Shown: piece after piece, positions 58,403-64,000 of the stretch
Layout of the letters: every line of letters begins with the position of its first letter
How positions within the stretch are numbered: position 1 is the stretch's first letter
NCBI GenBank assembly: GCA_965198175.1
Contig: OZ240245.1
Coordinates: 3,264,001-3,328,000, forward strand
Direction: 5' to 3'
Source of the DNA: Candidatus Poribacteria bacterium
GTDB taxonomy: Bacteria > Poribacteria > WGA-4E > PCPOR2b
DNA length: 64,000 nt
Program-made: the position numbers and the translations under genes
The notes under the pieces: model-generated
Database searches by the model: none
Told to the model about the DNA's origin: nothing
The model's input: only the letters and a program-made list of their open reading frames with translations

Positions 58403-59374
58403 TCAGATATCAATCCGATAAAGCAGTTCGAGTCCTTGGGCGACACGGTCGACATTCTCGGCAGCACACTCTGCGCGTCTGACCGAAGTTTCGTACGTGA
58501 CGCCTGCGATATGCGGCGTAACGACAACGTTGGGAAGCTGGAACACCGGCAAACTAGGATCTGACGGCTCCAGAGCGAAGACATCCAGACCAGCGCCGCC
58601 GAGCTTGCCATCGGACAGCGCGTGATACAGCGCCGACTCGTCTACAAGTGCCCCACGAGCTACGTTGATGAGACACCCAGACGATTTCATCAATGCGATG
58701 CGGCGAGCATCAATAATGTGGCGTGTTGCCGCGTTCAGGTGAAGATGGAGCGAAAGAAAATCGCTCTCAGCCACCACATGGTCCAAACTAGCAGGGGTTC
58801 CTATCAAGTCAGGCTTAATCTCCTGGATTATCTCTGGTTCAATGGATCGGACATCGATTGCCAAGATGCGCATCCCAAAAGGCTTTGCACGTCGCGCCAA
58901 TTCCTGTCCACTGGCGCCAAAACCGATAATTCCTAAATTCAACCCGTCGAGCTCCCGTCCTACGGCTTCGTTAAAGACCCCAGACTTAAAATTTGCAGCC
59001 GCTTGACGGTATTGATGAGCGAGCATCAAGATAAACATAAACGCAGTTTCAGCCAGTGCTACGCTGCTAAACTGACCCGGGCAATTGGCAACCGCAATAT
59101 CTTTGCTGCGGATGTAATCCAGATCGAAATGGTCAAATCCCGTTCCCAGGATTTGCCACAAGCGGGCGTCCTTAGCAGCATCCATCATCTCGCGCGTGCC
59201 TACGCTACCTCCTTGATCGATGACCGCCTCAACACCATCGAATTGAGGGGAGATGGGATGGGAATCGTCAAAAACGCATAGGGCGTGACGGTCGCCTATT
59301 GCTTCGATAACATCATCGCACCAAGGCTGAAAAAGACGCTTTAGGGGAAGCAGCATTACCTTTAGACGCGACAT
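58403..59374 (-). CDS. D-isomer-specific 2-hydroxyacid dehydrogenase
   Basis: GIIGFGASG, INVARG, GLDVF..EP and TPHIAG motifs. Confidence 0.92.
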   Translation of the reverse strand: MSRLKVMLLPLKRLFQPWCDDVIEAIGDRHALCVFDDSHPISPQFDGVEAVIDQGGSVGTREMMDAAKDARLWQILGTGFDHFDLDYIRSKDIAVANCPGQFSSVALAETAFMFILMLAHQYRQAAANFKSGVFNEAVGRELDGLNLGIIGFGASGQELARRAKPFGMRILAIDVRSIEPEIIQEIKPDLIGTPASLDHVVAESDFLSLHLHLNAATRHIIDARRIALMKSSGCLINVARGALVDESALYHALSDGKLGGAGLDVFALEPSDPSLPVFQLPNVVVTPHIAGVTYETSVRRAECAAENVDRVAQGLELLYRIDI

Positions 59375-59750
59375 CAATAAGGGTCACCTTCCTATTTGGA
59401 TAATGTCTACAGCGGGTCGCTTATCGCTAAAATTTCTAACTTATGTTCCGTAGCTAAAGCCTACCATTTTATTCTACCAGATGAAGGATGGATTCTCAAG
59501 AAAAATGCGGTGACAACTTAATTCTTATATTTCCATTGAACTGAGCTTATATCATCCAGATTAAGGTGAGCTCCTTCATCGCTGATGCTTACTGTGTCCT
59601 ACCCAAACTGACCACTGCACAGGCAACTATCAGGGGATTGTCAACTCATAAAGCGGAGAAAGACTTCTGTCGCAATACCTGAAAATGATACAAGGCTATT
59701 CGTCATTGCCACTTCCGCATATTGACGAGAACATCGAGCCGCTTTTTGTG

Positions 59751-59779
59751 TTGACTGAGCAAACCGACAGCAGTATTAT
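59751..59779 (+). promoter_or_regulatory. Putative sigma70 promoter
   Basis: TTGACT-N17-TATTAT. Confidence 0.5.
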
Positions 59780-59928
59780 ACGCTTGAAGCAAATTACTCA
59801 CTAGGAGCCTAGCCTATTTCATCAGGGGCATGGAGTCTCTGTACTAATTGTAGGGTTGAAGGAGAATATCACTCGCCTCCCCAGAATTGGGGGCTCTGGC
59901 AATCCATCAAAATCAAGAACAAGACCTA

Positions 59929-61818
59929 ATGAAATCTGAGAAATCCGACATTACCTTCAAATCTATCATCATCGGACTGATTCTCGTTGGAATCAACGCC
60001 TACTGGATAAGCATCGCCAGCCAGCTCTGGGGTTCACACCCGAACTTAATGACACCCTTCGCTAACGTCGTTTTCAGCCTCGTCCCCTTTATTTTACTCA
60101 ACTTTTTGTTTTCCAGAGTCGCCCGAATAACCCTGTTTTCCCGCGCGGAACTATTGGTGATGTATATTATGGCAACCATGGTGACCACGGTATCGGGGCA
60201 CGCATTCATTGAGGTCCTAATATCGGCAATGGGTCATCCCTTTTGGTTTGCTTCCCCTGAAAACGAGTGGGAACAACTCTTCTGGCGGTTTATTCCATCG
60301 TGGTTTACAGTGAACGACCTTTCCGTTGTCAGAGGATACATTGAGGGCGAATCGTCTGTTTTCATTGGTGAACATCTCCGGGCGTGGCTTCTTCCCGTCA
60401 GTGCATGGTCGATGTTTATCTTTGTTCTACTGCTTGCCCTGCTGTGCATGAACATCATCCTGCGAAAGCAATGGACAGAGCGGGAAAAACTCAGCTATCC
60501 ATTGATTGAATTGCCGTTGGCAATCACCCAAGACAATTTTCGATTTTTCCGTGCAAAGATAATGTGGATTGGGTTCAGCATCGCGGCGGGAATTCGTACG
60601 ATCAACGGACTTCACGGTCTGTATCCCATTATCCCTAGCATACCAACAGGCTACTCAATCGGAGGGTTTTCCATGGAACCTTGGAGTGCCGTTGGGTACA
60701 CGTCCTTTTCCTTTAATTTGTCAATGCTAGGCCTAACCTACTTCATGCCGCTTGACCTGCTGTTTTCCTGTTGGTTCTTTTATTGGCTTGGCAAAGCAGA
60801 ACACGTCGTCGCGGGAATTTATGGATGGCGCGAACTTCATCTCAACGAGCGTTCTGCGGGGAGTTGGGTTGGCATGGGTCTAATTGCCATTTGGATTGGG
60901 CGCCGGTATCTCATTGCAGTCGCCAAACAAACCATCGGGAAGGATTCTCAATTGGATGAATCGCGGGAACCGATGCGCTATCGCACTGCTGTAATCCTTT
61001 TACTATTGAGTTTCGTGTTTCTATTCCTATTCTGCTATCAAGCCGGCATGTCACCGTGGGCAATCGTCGTGTTTTACTTTTTATTTTTCGCAATGGGGTT
61101 AGGGCTGACGCGCGTCAGAGCGGAGTTAGGGCCGCCATACCATGAGGTGGTCTTTGTCAATCCACGGCAGGTGATGACTGAAGTATTCGGTTCAAAGCGC
61201 CTGGGCGGGCCCAACCTGGTAGTTCTCACATTTCTTTACGCCTTCAATCGATGTAACCGCTCTCACCCGATGCCGAATCAACTAGAATCGCTGAAAATTG
61301 GCGAACAATCGGGCATGAATCCCTCTAAATTGGTTCTTGCAATGATTCTGGCAATAGGCGTCGGCACTGTGGCGACATTTGTGGCTTACTACCAAATTGG
61401 ATACAAACATGGATTATCTGGCAGGGGGTATCTCGACTATTTGGGATGGGAATGTTTCAACCCGCTTCAATCGCGGCTGCAATTTCCTAGCGTTACGAAC
61501 TGGACAAGCGTGGGGTTTATGACCGGTGGATTTGGCTTTGTGTTGTTACTGATGGCTATGCGTCGAGCATTTTTTTGGTGGCCCTTCCATCCGGCGGGTT
61601 ACGTTCTACTTGGCGGCGCATGGGGCGGTATGATTTACTTTTGGTTTCCGCTCTTTGTCAGTTGGTCAGTAAAGGCGCTGGTACTGAGATATGGTGGGGT
61701 AGGCGCTTACCGGAAAGCAGCGCCACTGTTTTTGGGGTTGGTGTTCGGCGACAAGGTGTTATGGGGTGTGTGGAGCATTGTCAGCTTTGTCTTGAATATG
61801 AAAATATCCATGGTGTAA
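59929..61818 (+). CDS. Polytopic membrane protein, DUF6785/DUF6784-like (possibly OPT-related transporter)
   Basis: Many TMs with LRKQWTEREKLSYPL, RVRAELG, WWPFHPAGY and LRYGG..YRK..PLFLGL. Family name is from recall, not a search. Confidence 0.7.
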   Translation: MKSEKSDITFKSIIIGLILVGINAYWISIASQLWGSHPNLMTPFANVVFSLVPFILLNFLFSRVARITLFSRAELLVMYIMATMVTTVSGHAFIEVLISAMGHPFWFASPENEWEQLFWRFIPSWFTVNDLSVVRGYIEGESSVFIGEHLRAWLLPVSAWSMFIFVLLLALLCMNIILRKQWTEREKLSYPLIELPLAITQDNFRFFRAKIMWIGFSIAAGIRTINGLHGLYPIIPSIPTGYSIGGFSMEPWSAVGYTSFSFNLSMLGLTYFMPLDLLFSCWFFYWLGKAEHVVAGIYGWRELHLNERSAGSWVGMGLIAIWIGRRYLIAVAKQTIGKDSQLDESREPMRYRTAVILLLLSFVFLFLFCYQAGMSPWAIVVFYFLFFAMGLGLTRVRAELGPPYHEVVFVNPRQVMTEVFGSKRLGGPNLVVLTFLYAFNRCNRSHPMPNQLESLKIGEQSGMNPSKLVLAMILAIGVGTVATFVAYYQIGYKHGLSGRGYLDYLGWECFNPLQSRLQFPSVTNWTSVGFMTGGFGFVLLLMAMRRAFFWWPFHPAGYVLLGGAWGGMIYFWFPLFVSWSVKALVLRYGGVGAYRKAAPLFLGLVFGDKVLWGVWSIVSFVLNMKISMV

Positions 61819-61854
61819 CAGTATGCAACGAATCCTTAAGGGAGTACGCCAGTC

Positions 61855-63252
61855 TTACAACAACCGCTGTATTCGCTGTTCCCACTCATCGCAAGTTGCA
61901 TAGGTGCGTTGTACAGATGCCCCGATATACGCTGTTGAATCTCGGAGGATTTCCTGCTGCTTTTCGGTCAGTTTTTCAAGGAAAGGGTGCAGCTCTTCGT
62001 CAGCCCACAGAAGATCGTTTAAGGGTCGTCCTGTTCGATGGACTTCAGCCACTAGTTTTCGGGTGTGATTGTAAGCTTCGGGGAATCCGTAATATGCCAT
62101 CAAGAGATAAATCGGTTCAGCGATGGTATCGCCAGCACTCATCGCCAGATTGCGCCGCATGTTATCCACCTTCACGTCCATTTCGTCCAACGCCCTCTGC
62201 AACCGATAAATTGTGTAGTCGAATGCCGTGAATGACTCCATCAAGAAGCGACTCGACGCAGAGTTAGTCAAATCTCTTTGGTGTTCCAGGATACCATCCA
62301 TAAACACTGTTGTCATGCGCGGCATGAAGGCTTTCCAAAGACTCTTGATTGTTTCAAAATCTTCCGGGTTGAGCTTGTGCGGCATTGTCGAAGAACCGAC
62401 CAATTGGGTGTCGTATTTCTTGCTAATCTCAGCAATCTCCGTGCGATAGAGATGGCGCATGTCATCTGCAAAATTTGCAAGGATTGTGTAGGTGGACATT
62501 ACTGCATAAGCCAAGTCTGCCAGAAACTCAGGCTCTATGCATTGGGTCGAAGTATGGGTATCGGAGGCTCTTAATCCGAGTTGTGCGAGCAAATCTGCTT
62601 CGATTTGCTCCGGCTGCTCTGCAATCATCGAAAGTCCGTTAAAGGCGCCGACTGCACCTGAGAACTGTCCGCGGAGGTTCCGGCTTGTCTGATCTATCAA
62701 TTCGATTCGATTCCCGATTCGACTGACATAGAGTGAAAGCGCATAACCGAAAGTGATGGGTTCTGCGTGTTGGCCATGCGTTCGCCCGATCTGCACCGTC
62801 TCTGCATGTTCACGCGCCAACTGAATCAGCTGGGTTTCAAGCGCGATGAGATCGGGGAGTATTACCTTCCGCGTTAAATCCTTGTAACGCAACGCTGTTG
62901 CGGTATCGAGAATATCTGCCGAAGTCGCGAAAAGATGCACATACGGACGCGCTTCGGGACTAACTTTTCGTTGGATGACGTTGACGAGTGATCGGATGTT
63001 ATGGCGAATCCGCGCTTGTTCTTCGTAGACCTCCGTTGCAGTGACTTCGGAGGTTGCCCGCTCGACGTCATCCGCGATTTCGTGAGAGCAGACCCCATGC
63101 ATAGCAAGCGTTCGCACCAACGCAGCTTCGACTTTCGATTGGTATTTGACGTAGCCTGCTTCAGAGACGTATGGAAGCAACCTCTTCATAAAGGCTTCGC
63201 TGCCGCCGTAGTATCTGAAGTCAAGCGGGCTAACTGCTTCGTAAAGTTCCAT
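61855..63252 (-). CDS. purB: Adenylosuccinate lyase
   Basis: SPLDFRY, HLFATSADI, GRTHGQHAEPITFG, GSSTMPHKLNP and HQRDLTNS motifs. Confidence 0.92.
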   Translation of the reverse strand: MELYEAVSPLDFRYYGGSEAFMKRLLPYVSEAGYVKYQSKVEAALVRTLAMHGVCSHEIADDVERATSEVTATEVYEEQARIRHNIRSLVNVIQRKVSPEARPYVHLFATSADILDTATALRYKDLTRKVILPDLIALETQLIQLAREHAETVQIGRTHGQHAEPITFGYALSLYVSRIGNRIELIDQTSRNLRGQFSGAVGAFNGLSMIAEQPEQIEADLLAQLGLRASDTHTSTQCIEPEFLADLAYAVMSTYTILANFADDMRHLYRTEIAEISKKYDTQLVGSSTMPHKLNPEDFETIKSLWKAFMPRMTTVFMDGILEHQRDLTNSASSRFLMESFTAFDYTIYRLQRALDEMDVKVDNMRRNLAMSAGDTIAEPIYLLMAYYGFPEAYNHTRKLVAEVHRTGRPLNDLLWADEELHPFLEKLTEKQQEILRDSTAYIGASVQRTYATCDEWEQRIQRLL

Positions 63253-63301
63253 AGTTTGTGTTCTCCTGATGAAAAGTCTCTTTGCGACTGTACACTGCTT
63301 C

Positions 63302-63530
63302 TGTAGGTTGGGTTGAGCGGGTTATATCAAATAAATACCGGAGGAAAAATAACGCCACGAATACAAAAACCGCACAATTCCCAAAATCATTAAAGCGTAT
63401 CCCAACGTTTTTCCTAGCTCGCAACCAGTTCAAGAAAACTGAACGCATCTCAATTAACAAAAAGCGTTGGGTTACGGCGAAGACTATCGCCCTCCCTATT
63501 CGGTCGGTTGATTGTTCAACCCAACCTACA
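63302..63530. repeat. REPIN/MITE-like element formed by two inverted GTAG-type REP units
   Basis: Termini TGTAGGTTGGGTTGAGC (63302-63318) and GTTCAACCCAACCTACA (63514-63530) are 16/17 complementary; inner inverted repeat CGTATCCCAACG (63396) / CGTTGGGTTACG (63465). Confidence 0.75.
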
Positions 63531-63590
63531 CCCGTGATGGCTGGAAGCCAATAGGCATCAGCATTCCAACCCTCATCTGGTCATTTGATA

Positions 63591-64000
63591 CTATTTTACG
63601 ATAACCATTTTGCGGGTCGCAGAAAACGCCCCCGCCCGGATCTGATAGAAATATAAGCCGCTCGCAACCGGCTCACCATACATGTCTTTTCCATCCCAGT
63701 AGGCCGCCCTACCGCGAGTGATGTATGTCCCAACGTGCTGATAACCGAGGTCCAATTGACGGACACGCTCACCGTTTGTATCGTAAATTGAGATAACCAC
63801 TTCTGAATCGGTAGAGAGTTGATACGGAATCCATGTTTCCGGGTTAAACGGGTTCGGGTAGTTTTGCAGCAACATCGGTTTCTCAGGGAATAGCTCTGTC
63901 ATTGACACACGCTCACCAACCACGTTCACCGGAATCGCTCGTGTCAGTGAATCTGCCAGTTGAAGGTCAACGAGCCGGATTGGAGACTGTGGCGACAGGG
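63591..64000 (-). CDS. C-terminus of a secreted protein with a FlgD-Ig / T9SS-type-A-like C-terminal domain; 5' end outside the window
   Basis: LLQNYPNPFNPETWIPYQL...AYWDG..GEPVASGLYFYQI.AG.FSATRKMVIVK; the frame is open to the window end. Confidence 0.88.
   Translation of the reverse strand, partial: LSPQSPIRLVDLQLADSLTRAIPVNVVGERVSMTELFPEKPMLLQNYPNPFNPETWIPYQLSTDSEVVISIYDTNGERVRQLDLGYQHVGTYITRGRAAYWDGKDMYGEPVASGLYFYQIRAGAFSATRKMVIVK

Noticed and set aside
61575..62231. 218-aa plus-strand ORF and the many other short antisense ORFs
   Set aside because: They overlap well-supported genes and show no recognisable motifs.
1..64000. tRNA, rRNA or transposase genes
   Set aside because: No cloverleaf, rRNA-like tract or transposase motif recognised; small RNAs cannot be excluded without a covariance search.

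Overview
Gene-dense bacterial chromosomal segment (about 50% GC by eye) with no rRNA, tRNA, CRISPR array or intact transposase that I can see. The gene mix (many secreted LamG proteins, TolB/PD40 propellers, three PhyH dioxygenases, an NYPNPFNPETWIPY-type C-terminal domain, a DUF6785-like membrane protein) suggests Candidatus Poribacteria or a relative (inference). Housekeeping genes: tatD, der, aspS, hisS, mtnA, purB and a 2-oxoacid dehydrogenase E2. Main observations: (1) 11 secreted proteins from two unrelated folds end in the same ~20-aa V-x-P-x-x-K-L-x-T-T-W-G-x-[LIV]-K tail, a candidate protein-sorting signal; (2) an archaeal-type tRNA-guanine transglycosylase gene, absent from the ORF track, lies just downstream of a Rho-N-fused DNA methyltransferase, a candidate DNA modification locus; (3) a hidden ArsC-like selenoprotein (UxxC, in-frame TGA, SECIS-like hairpin); (4) domain insertions in AspRS, an AI-2E transporter and a nucleotidyltransferase; (5) an orphan cas6, a degenerate pyrophosphatase and a REPIN-like element.
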